Of a stretch of 64,000 nt of DNA, positions 55,452-64,000 are shown piece by piece. The stretch spans positions 77,016 through 141,015 of the forward strand of contig JACKCJ010000001.1 of assembly GCA_020634075.1 (NCBI GenBank). Direction: 5' to 3'. The notes under the pieces were generated by a model. That model made no database searches, was not told the DNA's origin, and saw only the letters and a list, made by a program, of their open reading frames with translations. Position 1 is the stretch's first letter. Every line of letters begins with the position of its first letter. This DNA comes from Dehalococcoidia bacterium. GTDB lineage: Bacteria > Chloroflexota > Dehalococcoidia > UBA2979. Both the position numbers and the translations under genes were made by a program.

Positions 55452-56789
55452 ATGCGCGTGCTATCCATCGGCCACCGGATGCGCCACCGCAACCTGGACA
55501 ACCACACGATCCTCAACGCCCCGAACATCGCCGACTACGACGCGATCGTGCTCGACCTCGGCGCGACGTTCGACACGGTCCGCGAGGCGGCCCAGCAGTC
55601 CGCGCACTACTCCACGAACGCCGACGTCCCGATCGTCAACGGCGACTCGACCGACGGCATGACCGGCCTCGCCGAGGTCCTCCAGCGCCGCCGCGACGAA
55701 ATCGCGCGCGCCCTCGACAACGGCGCGACGATCCTCGTGTTCACCGCGCCGCAGTCGCGCTTCCACGGCATCAACGGCCTGCACAGCTTCGACCGCTTCT
55801 TCCTCCTGCCGGCGCCGGACGGCGTCGCCTGGGACGACCGCACGGTCCAGGGCTCCGAGGGCACGGCCGTGGCCGTCGTCGACCACGACCACCCGTTCGT
55901 GCGCGTCTTCGAGGTCTACCGCCGCAACGTGCAGTACCGCGCCGTGTTCAACGATCGCGCCGAGGGCGTCGCGAAGGCCGGGCGCGTGCTCATCCGAGCG
56001 ACCGGCGGCCAGGCGGTGGGAATCGACTTCCCGGTGCTCAACGGGCACCTCGTCTTCCTGCCCAGCCCGAAGGCCAGCAGCGCGGGCAACTTCCCGGACC
56101 AGCTCGGCGCCGCGGTGATGGAAGCGATGCAGGACCAGCTCGGCCGCCCCGATGAAGACCCGCCGCGGTGGGCGAACGAGTTCGCCCCGCCAGGTATCGA
56201 GGACCGCCGCAACGAGGTCCAGCGCGCTCGTGCCGACCTCGACCAGGCGCAGGCTGCGCTGGACGAGGCGCAGAAGGGGCTCCGCGAGGAGGAGTACCTC
56301 CGCGACGCCCTCTGGGCCGCCGGCGACGCCGCGCTACTGCCGGCCGCCCTCAAGTGCGGCGAGATCATTGGCTTCCGCATCGCCCGCGACGGAAACTCGG
56401 ACCCGATGTTCATGGACGGCTCCACCGCCGTGCACGTCGTCGTCGCCGGCGCCGTCGACACTGTCGACATGGCCGCGCACTACCGACTCCGGGCGCGCCT
56501 CGACAAGATCATCGAGACGCGCGCCGTGAACCCTCGTGGCGTGCTGATCGTGAACGGCCAGCGCCAGACGCACCCGCTGGAGCGGAAGCGCCAGTTCGAG
56601 GACGCGGTCCGCGTCGCGGCCGAGGGCCAGGGCTACGCCATCCTCACCGCGAGCGACCTCTTCCGCGTGGCCTACGCGGCGCGCGCCGGCCTGCCCGAGG
56701 ATCGCCTCGCGCAGGCGCGGGAGCGGATCGCGAGCACGAACGGCGTCGTGGAGCTGGACGACCTGCTGACCGTGGAGAACGAGGCGTAG
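55452..56789 (+). CDS. hypothetical protein (445 aa) with a central coiled coil. No recognisable domain.
   Basis: Coding-like composition. A GTG at 55440 is an alternative start. Region 282-312 is a heptad-like RARADLDQAQAALDEAQKGLREEE. Confidence 0.6.
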   Translation: MRVLSIGHRMRHRNLDNHTILNAPNIADYDAIVLDLGATFDTVREAAQQSAHYSTNADVPIVNGDSTDGMTGLAEVLQRRRDEIARALDNGATILVFTAPQSRFHGINGLHSFDRFFLLPAPDGVAWDDRTVQGSEGTAVAVVDHDHPFVRVFEVYRRNVQYRAVFNDRAEGVAKAGRVLIRATGGQAVGIDFPVLNGHLVFLPSPKASSAGNFPDQLGAAVMEAMQDQLGRPDEDPPRWANEFAPPGIEDRRNEVQRARADLDQAQAALDEAQKGLREEEYLRDALWAAGDAALLPAALKCGEIIGFRIARDGNSDPMFMDGSTAVHVVVAGAVDTVDMAAHYRLRARLDKIIETRAVNPRGVLIVNGQRQTHPLERKRQFEDAVRVAAEGQGYAILTASDLFRVAYAARAGLPEDRLAQARERIASTNGVVELDDLLTVENEA

Positions 56790-56883
56790 CCGCTGCCTTG
56801 TAGACGGCTGGCGTAGACAGTGGGCGTAGAGAACGCCCGGGCGCGCCTCTCCCTACTCCGCGCTCGCGTTCCCGATCGCTACG

Positions 56884-57459
56884 ATGCGGCACGCGATGCC
56901 GCCCTCACCTGACGCGTCATCCTCGAAGCACCCGGCAGCGCGTCGCCCCAGCGGGTCGACGCTGCTCAACGTCGCCCTCGTCGTCCTCGCGGTCGCAGCG
57001 TTCACCGTCATCGCCGTCCGACGCGGTGGCGCCGAGCGAGGCGTCGAGGTCGAGCGGCGCGGTGCACCCGCCGGGATCGATGAGATCCGCGTGCACGTCT
57101 CCGGCGCCGTGGCCCAGCCGGGCGTCGTCGTTGCGCAGCCCGGCGATCGCATCGTCGATGTGGTCGACCGCGCCGGCGGCGCGCTGCCCGAGGCCAACCT
57201 CGATGCGGTGAACCTCGCGCTGCGGATCCGCGACGAGGATGCCGTCTACGTCCCGTTCGCCGGCGAGGAATCCGCGCCCCTGGTCGACCTCAACACGGCC
57301 ACTCAGGCCGAACTCGAGGCGCTCCCGGGCATCGGGCCCGCGACGGCGCGCGCCATCGTCGCGGCTCGTCCGATCGCCTCGGTCGACGACCTCCTCGAGC
57401 GCGACCTCGTCGCCGGGGCGGTGTGGGAGGAGATCCGTCTCCTCGTCACGACGCGCTGA
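56884..57459 (+). CDS. comEA: competence protein ComEA (SLBB + helix-hairpin-helix DNA-binding)
   Basis: TM anchor, SLBB-like region, and C-terminal HhH (LNTATQAELEALPGIGPATARAIV). Confidence 0.8.
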   Translation: MRHAMPPSPDASSSKHPAARRPSGSTLLNVALVVLAVAAFTVIAVRRGGAERGVEVERRGAPAGIDEIRVHVSGAVAQPGVVVAQPGDRIVDVVDRAGGALPEANLDAVNLALRIRDEDAVYVPFAGEESAPLVDLNTATQAELEALPGIGPATARAIVAARPIASVDDLLERDLVAGAVWEEIRLLVTTR

Positions 57460-57473
57460 GCGGAGCGCGAGCG

Positions 57474-59765
57474 ATGAACCGCATCCCCGTGCTCCCGATC
57501 CTCCTCGGCGCATATGTCGCCGGGGTCGTGTCGGCGGCCGTGCTCGGCGGCCCGTGGCCGTTGACCTTTGCCCTCGGTGGGCTGGTGGGGAGCGCCCTCC
57601 TGCTCCGCCGAGGAACGCTGGCGATCGCTGCGGTCGCCCTGCTGGTCGTGGTCGCGGCAACCGTCGGCCACTGGCGCCTCGAACGCCTCGATGCGGCGCC
57701 GCCCCCACCGCTGGCCGCAATGACCGGCACGCACGAGGTGACCGGCGTTGCCCGCGACGATGCGGTCATCCGCGGCTCGACGCTGCGCGTCGACCTCGGG
57801 GTCGAGACCGTCGACGGCGAGCCAATGCACGGCGCGATCAGGATCTCGACGCGCAACTCCGTCGGCGTGGTGCGCGCGGGTGACCGCATCCGCCTCGTCG
57901 TGGACCTCGAAACGCCCCCGAGCGCCGAGGCGTTCGACTACCGCGCCTACCTCCGCGACCGCGACATCCACCTCGTCGGCGCGTTCCCGACGGAGTGGGA
58001 GCACATCGGCGCGACCGACCGAGGCTGGCGCGGGCGGCTCGAGCAACTCCACCGCGAGGTCGTGCGACGCATCGGGCGCGCCCTCCCGGAGCCCGAGGCG
58101 TCGCTGGCTGCCGGCGTGCTCGTGGGCGAGCAGGGCTCACTCCCGGACGACGTCGACGAAGCGCTGAGGGCGACCGGCACCACGCACCTCGTCGTCGTGT
58201 CCGGGCAGAACGTCGCGGTAATCATCGGAATCGCGATCGCGGCACTGACGGCCTTCGTCTCCCGGCGCACGGCCTCGTTGTGCGCGCTCGTCCTGCTGCC
58301 GGGCTACGTCGTCTTCGTGGGCGCGGACCCTCCGGTCGTCCGCGCAGCGATCATGGCCGTCGCCGTCATCGCCGCCGGCGTCACGGGTCGGCGGACGCCG
58401 GCGTGGGTGTACCTCGTCTACGCGGCCGGCGTGATGCTCATCCTCGATCCGGTGCTCGTCCGAGATGTGTCGTTCCAGCTCAGCGCCATGGCGACGGTCG
58501 GCATCACCACGCTGGCCCCCGCGCTGCGCGACGCCGTCCTTGCGAGGTTCCCGTGGCTCACCTCTCCCGGCCGGGCCGCCGTGGTCGGCGTGACCGCGAC
58601 GGCGACCGGTGCCGCGCTCGCGGTGCTGCCCGTGCAGGTCGCGACCTTCGAGGTCATCGCGCCGTGGACGATCCTCGCGAACGTCGCGGTCGCGCCGGTC
58701 TACGAGGCGACGGTCTTCGCCGCCGCGCTCGCAGCCCTCGTAGGTGACGTCGGCCCGCTCGGCCTCGCGCTCACCATCGCGCCGAGGGCGTTCCTGTGGC
58801 TCGTCGAGGTGCTGGCGCGGCTACCCGGCGCGCAGATTGCGGTCGAACTCCCGCTGGTCGCGGGCGCCGTGTTCGTCGGCCTCCTGGTCGCCGCGACCGC
58901 CCGCCTCGCCACGTACGCGAGGTCGGCCACTGCCGTCGCCGTCCTCGACGGTGGCATCAGCTCGAGGTTCACGACGACCGCCGGACTGGCGCTCGTCGCC
59001 GGCGGGCTGTGGTGGACCGCCCTCGCACCGTCCGAGGCGTTCCCCAGCGTGACCGTGCTCGACGTGGGCCAGGGGCTCGCGGTCCTCGTGCGCGACGGCG
59101 ACGCGACGCTGCTGATCGACAGCGGCCCACGAGACGGTGCGGTGCTCGCCGCGCTGGGACGCGAGGGCGTCACCCAGCTCGATGCGGTCGTCCTGACGCA
59201 CAACGACCTCGACCACACCGGCGGGCTGGCCGCGCTTCGTGAGCGGCTCGACGTCGACGCCGTCTACGTGGAGGCATCGACGGTGGCCCTCTACGACGGG
59301 GTCCAGCCCATCGACATCGGCGACCGGTTCGGCGTCGGCGCGATCACGGTCGAGGTCATCGGCCCGCCCGTCGCTACTCGCGACTACCGGCTCGCGTCGG
59401 ACAACGACGGCTCGCTCGTCCTGCTCGTCGCGATCGGTGACCGGCGCGTCCTCGTGACGGCCGACATCGAGGCGCCCGCCGAGGCGTGGCTCGTCGCCTC
59501 CGGCGTCGACCTCCACGCGGACGTCCTCGTCGTCCCACACCACGGTTCGAACACCTCCTCGACGCAGGGGTTCATCGAGGCTGTCGCGCCGCGCGTTGCC
59601 GTCGTCCCGGTCGGACAGAACCCGTACGGCCACCCGAACGCCGAGGTCCTCGCCCGCTACGAGGGAGACGAGTCGATCTCGCTCTACCGGACGGACGAGG
59701 ACGGCGCGATCACCCTCACCAGCGACGGCGAACACCTGTGGCTGAGGGCAGGCGGCGGACGCTAG
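57474..59765 (+). CDS. comEC: DNA internalisation competence protein ComEC/Rec2 with a C-terminal MBL domain
   Basis: Polytopic competence domain (GTTHLVVVSGQNV). C-terminal metallo-beta-lactamase (VLTHNDLDHTGG, VVPHHGS). Confidence 0.85.
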   Translation: MNRIPVLPILLGAYVAGVVSAAVLGGPWPLTFALGGLVGSALLLRRGTLAIAAVALLVVVAATVGHWRLERLDAAPPPPLAAMTGTHEVTGVARDDAVIRGSTLRVDLGVETVDGEPMHGAIRISTRNSVGVVRAGDRIRLVVDLETPPSAEAFDYRAYLRDRDIHLVGAFPTEWEHIGATDRGWRGRLEQLHREVVRRIGRALPEPEASLAAGVLVGEQGSLPDDVDEALRATGTTHLVVVSGQNVAVIIGIAIAALTAFVSRRTASLCALVLLPGYVVFVGADPPVVRAAIMAVAVIAAGVTGRRTPAWVYLVYAAGVMLILDPVLVRDVSFQLSAMATVGITTLAPALRDAVLARFPWLTSPGRAAVVGVTATATGAALAVLPVQVATFEVIAPWTILANVAVAPVYEATVFAAALAALVGDVGPLGLALTIAPRAFLWLVEVLARLPGAQIAVELPLVAGAVFVGLLVAATARLATYARSATAVAVLDGGISSRFTTTAGLALVAGGLWWTALAPSEAFPSVTVLDVGQGLAVLVRDGDATLLIDSGPRDGAVLAALGREGVTQLDAVVLTHNDLDHTGGLAALRERLDVDAVYVEASTVALYDGVQPIDIGDRFGVGAITVEVIGPPVATRDYRLASDNDGSLVLLVAIGDRRVLVTADIEAPAEAWLVASGVDLHADVLVVPHHGSNTSSTQGFIEAVAPRVAVVPVGQNPYGHPNAEVLARYEGDESISLYRTDEDGAITLTSDGEHLWLRAGGGR

Positions 59766-60157
59766 CCCTCGGACGGCTCGCCGGACGGTGGGGGCGGCAT
59801 CGGGATCACGGCGAACAGCGCATCAACCGCGCCGGGGTTACCGAGGCGCCACGTCCCGCGCGCCATCGGCTCGATGCGCACCGCATCGCCGGGCTGCAGG
59901 AGCACCTCGGAGCCCTCGGCGGGGGTGAGGACGAGCGCGCCCTCGAGGAGGACCGCGAAGGCCGGGATGGCGCGGTGGAAGCCGGGGTGTGAGCCGGACT
60001 CGAAGCGCATGAGCATCACCCGCGTCGCGCTGCCGAGCACGACGCCGCCGACGCCCTTGAACTCGCCGGGCCCGTTCTCGAACGGTGACTCAACGAGCGC
60101 GAGCGGTTCGAGGACCGACTTACCTCGGTCGTTCGCGGAGAGCCGGTACTGCGCCAT
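59762..60157 (-). CDS. cupin-domain protein
   Basis: 131 aa, a small beta-barrel protein of unknown function with cupin-like conserved His/Glu spacing. Confidence 0.6.
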   Translation of the reverse strand: MAQYRLSANDRGKSVLEPLALVESPFENGPGEFKGVGGVVLGSATRVMLMRFESGSHPGFHRAIPAFAVLLEGALVLTPAEGSEVLLQPGDAVRIEPMARGTWRLGNPGAVDALFAVIPMPPPPSGEPSEG

Positions 60158-60281
60158 GGAGGCAGTCTAGGCGCGAGCTCCCTGTACCAGAACTTCGGGG
60201 TGCTCGCGCGGAGGGCCGGAACGGTGGGCCGTGCTACGTTCGGCTTCGCCTCACATCGGTTCGACTGGTCTGGAGACTGCC

Positions 60282-61019
60282 TTGGCATTCGAGCGCTCGC
60301 ACGGTCGCGGACTCCGCGAGGAACGCCCCCTCACCATCGAGCCCGGATACACGAAGCACGCCGAGGGCTCCGTCCTCATCTCCACCGGCGACACCCGCGT
60401 CCTCTGCACCGCGAGCGTCGAGGCGGGCGTGCCGGGGTGGCTCCGCAACTCGGGCCGTGGATGGGTGACCGCCGAGTACGGCATGCTGCCCCGCTCCACC
60501 CACACCCGCTCCGACCGCGAGGCGGCGCGAGGTCGCCAGGGCGGACGCACGCAGGAGATCCAGCGCCTCATCGGCCGCTCACTCCGCGCCGCCATCGACA
60601 TGAACAAACTCGGCGAGACGACGATCACCATCGACTGCGATGTCCTCCAGGCCGATGGCGGCACGCGGACGGCCGCGATCACCGGTGGCTGGATCGCGCT
60701 CGCGATGGCGGTGGACTACCTCCAGCGGGCGGGCGGCCTCCCGACGTCACCGCTGAAGACGCAGGTCGCGGCGATGTCCGTCGGCATCATCGACAGCCAC
60801 CAGTTCCTCGACCTCGACTACCGCGAGGACTCCGGCGCCGACGTCGACTTCAACGTCGTCGCGCTCGGCACCGGCCAGCTCGTCGAGGTCCAGGGCACGG
60901 CCGAGCACGCCCCGTTCACCCGGGACGAGATGTCGCAGCTCGTCGACCTCGCCATGTTCGGCATCAACCGTCACTTCGAGGCCCAGCGCGAGGTGATGAA
61001 GGAGTGGCGAGCGCGCTAG
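60282..61019 (+). CDS. rph: ribonuclease PH
   Basis: Motifs [27 protein letters not shown] and [16 protein letters not shown] at 60282 with GGAGA 5 nt upstream fits the E. coli N-terminus. The ORF is open from 60231. Confidence 0.85.
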   Translation: MAFERSHGRGLREERPLTIEPGYTKHAEGSVLISTGDTRVLCTASVEAGVPGWLRNSGRGWVTAEYGMLPRSTHTRSDREAARGRQGGRTQEIQRLIGRSLRAAIDMNKLGETTITIDCDVLQADGGTRTAAITGGWIALAMAVDYLQRAGGLPTSPLKTQVAAMSVGIIDSHQFLDLDYREDSGADVDFNVVALGTGQLVEVQGTAEHAPFTRDEMSQLVDLAMFGINRHFEAQREVMKEWRAR

Positions 61020-61417
61020 CTCGCCCGCTGCTGCAGCCCTCGAAGCACCGAGAGCGCGCGCTCCGCGTCGGCCGCCGGCACGAAGACGTGGTCGTGGTGG
61101 AACGCCGCCACGACGTTCGCGCTGATGCCTGCCTCGGCGAGCACGCCCGCCACGGCCGCCGTCAGCCCCACCGCCTCGAGGCTCGAACGCACCGTCAGCG
61201 TGATGCAGCGGAACACGCCTTCGACGGCGAGCCCGGCCGCCTCCGCCCGTTCACGCTCGACGATCAGCGATCGGCCCTCGTCCTCCACGAACGTTGCGAG
61301 CGGCTGGAGCTCATCGGTCATCGTGTCGTCGTCCACGGTGATGAACACGTACTCGCCCTCGCGGAGCGACGGCTCGAGGTGCGCGAGGAGCTGGTCGAGG
61401 TCGGTCAGGCCGGACAT
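61016..61417 (-). CDS. ACT-domain-containing protein
   Basis: 133 aa, two beta-alpha-beta-beta-alpha-beta-like halves. Convergent 4-nt overlap with rph. Confidence 0.55.
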   Translation of the reverse strand: MSGLTDLDQLLAHLEPSLREGEYVFITVDDDTMTDELQPLATFVEDEGRSLIVERERAEAAGLAVEGVFRCITLTVRSSLEAVGLTAAVAGVLAEAGISANVVAAFHHDHVFVPAADAERALSVLRGLQQRAS

Positions 61418-61475
61418 GGCACTCCCGGGGACGCGCTGATCACGAACAAAATGATCGTCGATCTGATCAAAACTC

Positions 61476-61504
61476 TTGACGATCGATCCTCACGCTCGTA
61501 ATTT
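61476..61504 (+). promoter_or_regulatory. sigma70-like promoter (TTGACG - 17 nt - TAATTT) in an AT-rich island
   Basis: Read directly from the sequence: cTTGACGatcgatcctcacgctcgTAATTTta, inside a ~90-bp stretch far below the local GC content. Confidence 0.45.
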
Positions 61505-61574
61505 TATGTCCAACCACCGGAGTTCACCGCTCTCTCCCTCCCCAGAGGAAGCAGGCGGACGACGGGACCGATCG

Positions 61575-61880
61575 ATGCTCTACACCGTGATGTGCCGCCT
61601 CCAGCGGCCGGCCCCTGAGTACCCGACGCTGTCGGGCGCCATCCAGGCGGCAGGCGTCGCCAACTGGCAGGTCAACGAATCGACGTGGCTCGTCGAATCC
61701 GACCACCCCGCCGAGGCGCTCCGGGATTCGCTCCAGCTCTGCATCGAGGACGGCGACCTGGCGATGGTGTTCCCGGTGAGCGTCGGCGGCGGCCGCTGGA
61801 CTCCCCTCGCGGAGTTCCGGTACGGACGCCAGTTCCTCACGGGTGCCCTCAAGCGCGAGCAGTCGCCCTCGGCCGTCTAG
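61575..61880 (+). CDS. hypothetical small protein (101 aa)
   Basis: First ATG downstream of the predicted promoter, with a weak RBS (GACGGGA). Sits in an otherwise empty 480-bp gap. No family recognised. Confidence 0.3.
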   Translation: MLYTVMCRLQRPAPEYPTLSGAIQAAGVANWQVNESTWLVESDHPAEALRDSLQLCIEDGDLAMVFPVSVGGGRWTPLAEFRYGRQFLTGALKREQSPSAV

Positions 61881-61895
61881 CCGCCGAGTCCCCCG

Positions 61896-62534
61896 CTACG
61901 CCTCCGGCAGCGGCTCCCCCCAGCGGTCGAGCGATGCGACCTCGTTCAGCGGCTTCCGGGTGACCGGCCCGAAGTTCCCCTGCGGATAGCCGACCGGGAT
62001 CGCGTACACCACGAACGTGCCCTCGGGCATCCCGAAGAGCGCGCGCACGTCGTCCATCACGCTCGGGTGGAGGCTCGTGATCGTCGCGCCGAGGCCGAGC
62101 GAGCGCGCAGCGAGCAGCAGGTTCTGGGTCGCCGGGATGACACCGGTCGTGTCGACCATTGCGCTGCTGTCGGCGCACATGAGGATCACCGCCGGCGCGT
62201 CGCCGAAGTGGTCCGCGAGGCGCATCGCGCTCATGCGGACCTTGTCGTTCGGGTCGAAGTCCTCGGGCTTGTGGAATCCCTCGTCACGACGCTTCGCCCA
62301 CCACGCCTCGCGGTAGATCGCGCCCAGCTTCGCCCGCTGCTCGGCGTCCTGCACGACGAGGAAGTGCCACGACTGGCGGTTGCTCGGCGAAGGCGCCTGG
62401 CGCGCCGCGTCGACGATGTCGCGGAGATCCTCGAGGGCGACCGGGTCGGGCTTCAGCCGCCGGATGGCGCGCATGTTGTACATGGCCTCGCCCAGCGGCA
62501 TCGAGAAGCGGTCGGACGTGGACGATGCAGGCAT
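61896..62534 (-). CDS. nitroreductase-family protein
   Basis: Nitroreductase fold motifs (RAIRRLKPDPV, SPSNRQSWHF, PATQNLLLAARSLGLG). Confidence 0.75.
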   Translation of the reverse strand: MPASSTSDRFSMPLGEAMYNMRAIRRLKPDPVALEDLRDIVDAARQAPSPSNRQSWHFLVVQDAEQRAKLGAIYREAWWAKRRDEGFHKPEDFDPNDKVRMSAMRLADHFGDAPAVILMCADSSAMVDTTGVIPATQNLLLAARSLGLGATITSLHPSVMDDVRALFGMPEGTFVVYAIPVGYPQGNFGPVTRKPLNEVASLDRWGEPLPEA

Positions 62535-62592
62535 GCGGGCCTCCTCGGGCGTGTGCGCTAGAGGAGGAGCCTAGCGGGAGGCGGCAGACGCG

Positions 62593-62916
62593 TCAGGCGT
62601 ACTCGCCGAGGAACATGCCGCCGAGGACGTGCACGTGGGCGTGCTCCTGCGACTGCATGCCGTCGTAGCCGAAGTTCGAGACGAGGCGGAAGCCGCCGGG
62701 ACAGTGCTCCTGCGCGACCTTGATCGCGGCCGCGCCGACCTCGCCCATGTCCGACCAGAGCTCGGCCTGCGTCTTGTGCTGCTTCGGGCTGGCGAGCAGC
62801 ATCGTCGGCACCCAGCGGAGGACGTTCCGGAAGACGATGACGTTCTCGGTCTCGTAGAGGATGTCCGCGGGCTCACGGCGCGCGATGATCTCGCAGAACA
62901 CGCAGTACCGAGCCAT
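62593..62916 (-). CDS. HIT-family (histidine triad) protein
   Basis: CVFCEII zinc-binding motif and HAHVHVL histidine triad. Internal ATG at 62916 chosen. Confidence 0.75.
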   Translation of the reverse strand: MARYCVFCEIIARREPADILYETENVIVFRNVLRWVPTMLLASPKQHKTQAELWSDMGEVGAAAIKVAQEHCPGGFRLVSNFGYDGMQSQEHAHVHVLGGMFLGEYA

Positions 62917-63114
62917 GTGAAGCCTGTCGTTGCGTGCCGCCCTCGCTGCCACGTCTGTCCCGGGTGGTCGTTAACGCCGAGGTAGAACGTCGCCGCGAGG
63001 ATTGCGAGACTGTGAGCGGTCGGAGCGGTCAGTCTATGGACGCGCCTCCGACAGCGTCAAAGCGAGCTCCGCACTTCCACCGCGCCGCCGCTGCTGCACC
63101 GAAAGAGCCGTGTG

Positions 63115-64000
63115 ATGACTGAGATCCGTCCCTTCCGAGGCCTCCGCTACGACCCGACGAAGGTGAACCCGAGCGATGTCATCGCCCCGCCGTATGACGT
63201 GGTGGGCGCGGATGCCGTGAAGGCGCTCCACTCGCGGTCGCCGTACAACGCCGCCCACCTCGAGAACCCGGCCGGCTCCGAGCGCGACCGGTACGCGGGC
63301 GCGGCGAAGCTCATCGCGCAGTGGAACAAGGACGGCGCGCTGAAGCGCGACGCGAAGGCGGCGTACTACGTGTACGAGCAGCGCGCGAAGATCCCCACCG
63401 GGACCGGCGGCTCGCGCACCGTGTCGCGTCGGTGCTTCTTCGCCCGCACGCGCCTCCACCGCCCGGAGGAAGGCATCATCCGCCCGCACGAGGCGACGCT
63501 GACCGGCCCGCGCGAGGAGCGGATGAAGCTCCTCCAGGCGACGAAGACGAACATCAGCCCGGTCTTCGGGATGTTCCTTGACCCCTCCGGCGACGCGAAG
63601 AAGCTCCTCGCCGAGGTCGCGAAGCGCGAACCGGACTTCGAGGCGACGGACGCCGTCGGCGACCGCCACCGGTTGTGGGCCGTCTCCGCGGCGTCCGAGG
63701 TGAAGACGCTGACCGACGCCGTCGCCGCCTCCAACGTCACGATCGCGGACGGGCACCATCGCACGCACACCGCCCTCGACTACCTCGACCTCGCCCGCAA
63801 CGCGAAGAAGGGGAAGTGGACCGGGAACGAGCCCGAGAACTTCGTCCTGATGGGCCTCATCCCCGAGGATGACCCGGGCCTCGTGATCCTCCCGATCCAC
63901 CGCCTGATCCACGGCGAGGTGCCCGGCGACATCCTGCTGCAGCTGTCGGCCCTCTACCGCGTCGAGGCGGCGCCCAGCGCCGAGGCCGCGTGGGAGCAGG
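63115..64000 (+). CDS. DUF1015-domain protein, 3'-partial (runs off the window)
   Basis: Manual translation gives MTEIRPFRGLRYDP...VIAPPYDVV, typical of DUF1015. It is absent from the ORF track because there is no stop in the window. RBS GAAAGAG upstream. Confidence 0.7.
   Translation, partial: MTEIRPFRGLRYDPTKVNPSDVIAPPYDVVGADAVKALHSRSPYNAAHLENPAGSERDRYAGAAKLIAQWNKDGALKRDAKAAYYVYEQRAKIPTGTGGSRTVSRRCFFARTRLHRPEEGIIRPHEATLTGPREERMKLLQATKTNISPVFGMFLDPSGDAKKLLAEVAKREPDFEATDAVGDRHRLWAVSAASEVKTLTDAVAASNVTIADGHHRTHTALDYLDLARNAKKGKWTGNEPENFVLMGLIPEDDPGLVILPIHRLIHGEVPGDILLQLSALYRVEAAPSAEAAWEQ

Noticed and set aside
63034-63912. 292-aa minus-strand ORF
   Set aside because: Antisense to the DUF1015 gene, which has a clear conserved N-terminus (MTEIRPFRGLRYDP) on the plus strand but is missing from the ORF track because it runs off the window.

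Overview
This is a very high-GC (~70%) bacterial chromosomal window that looks actinobacterial (possibly Rubrobacteria/Thermoleophilia-like) or Chloroflexi-like. It is densely coding, and no transposases, integrases, CRISPR arrays, tRNAs or rRNAs were found.

Main content, left to right:
- Two divergent MFS transporters.
- A TAT-exported SorA-like molybdo sulfite dehydrogenase, a monoheme cytochrome c lipoprotein and a MOSC-domain protein, all translationally coupled.
- An F420-type luciferase-like oxidoreductase and two adjacent family III CoA-transferases.
- A 16 kb, seven-gene alpha-glucan/trehalose operon (glgX, glgE, treS-pep2 fusion, glgB, GH57, treZ, treY). Every gene junction is a 4-nt ATGA/GTGA start-stop overlap.
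- An MBL, DinB and MpaB-family enzyme operon.
- An SDR oxidoreductase and a HExxH lipoprotein.
- A long minus-strand block: rnc, smc, ftsY, then a DUF2298 ('Chlor_Arch_YYY', TIGR03662-like) protein and a TIGR03663-like GT-C-like membrane pair, an LPG-synthase-TM 'flippase-like' protein, an amine-oxidase-type FAD oxidoreductase, a tiny membrane protein, and a stand-alone FdsG/FdsB (NuoE/NuoF-like) diaphorase pair ending at a clear terminator.
- CCA tRNA nucleotidyltransferase, then a zinc-ribbon protein and a small membrane protein.
- GNAT, DinG-like exonuclease/helicase, PHP, membrane protein, ispE, rsmA.
- A probable SRP RNA (ffs) on the minus strand, followed by a ~270-nt highly structured spacer.
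- An unrecognisable 445-aa protein, comEA-comEC, cupin, rph, an ACT protein, nitroreductase, HIT and a partial DUF1015 gene.

Many long ORFs lie antisense to these genes; they are artefacts of the GC content and were rejected. The most unusual element is the uncharacterised YYY/TIGR03663 membrane-protein pair with its flippase-like and FAD-oxidoreductase partners, wired directly behind ftsY.
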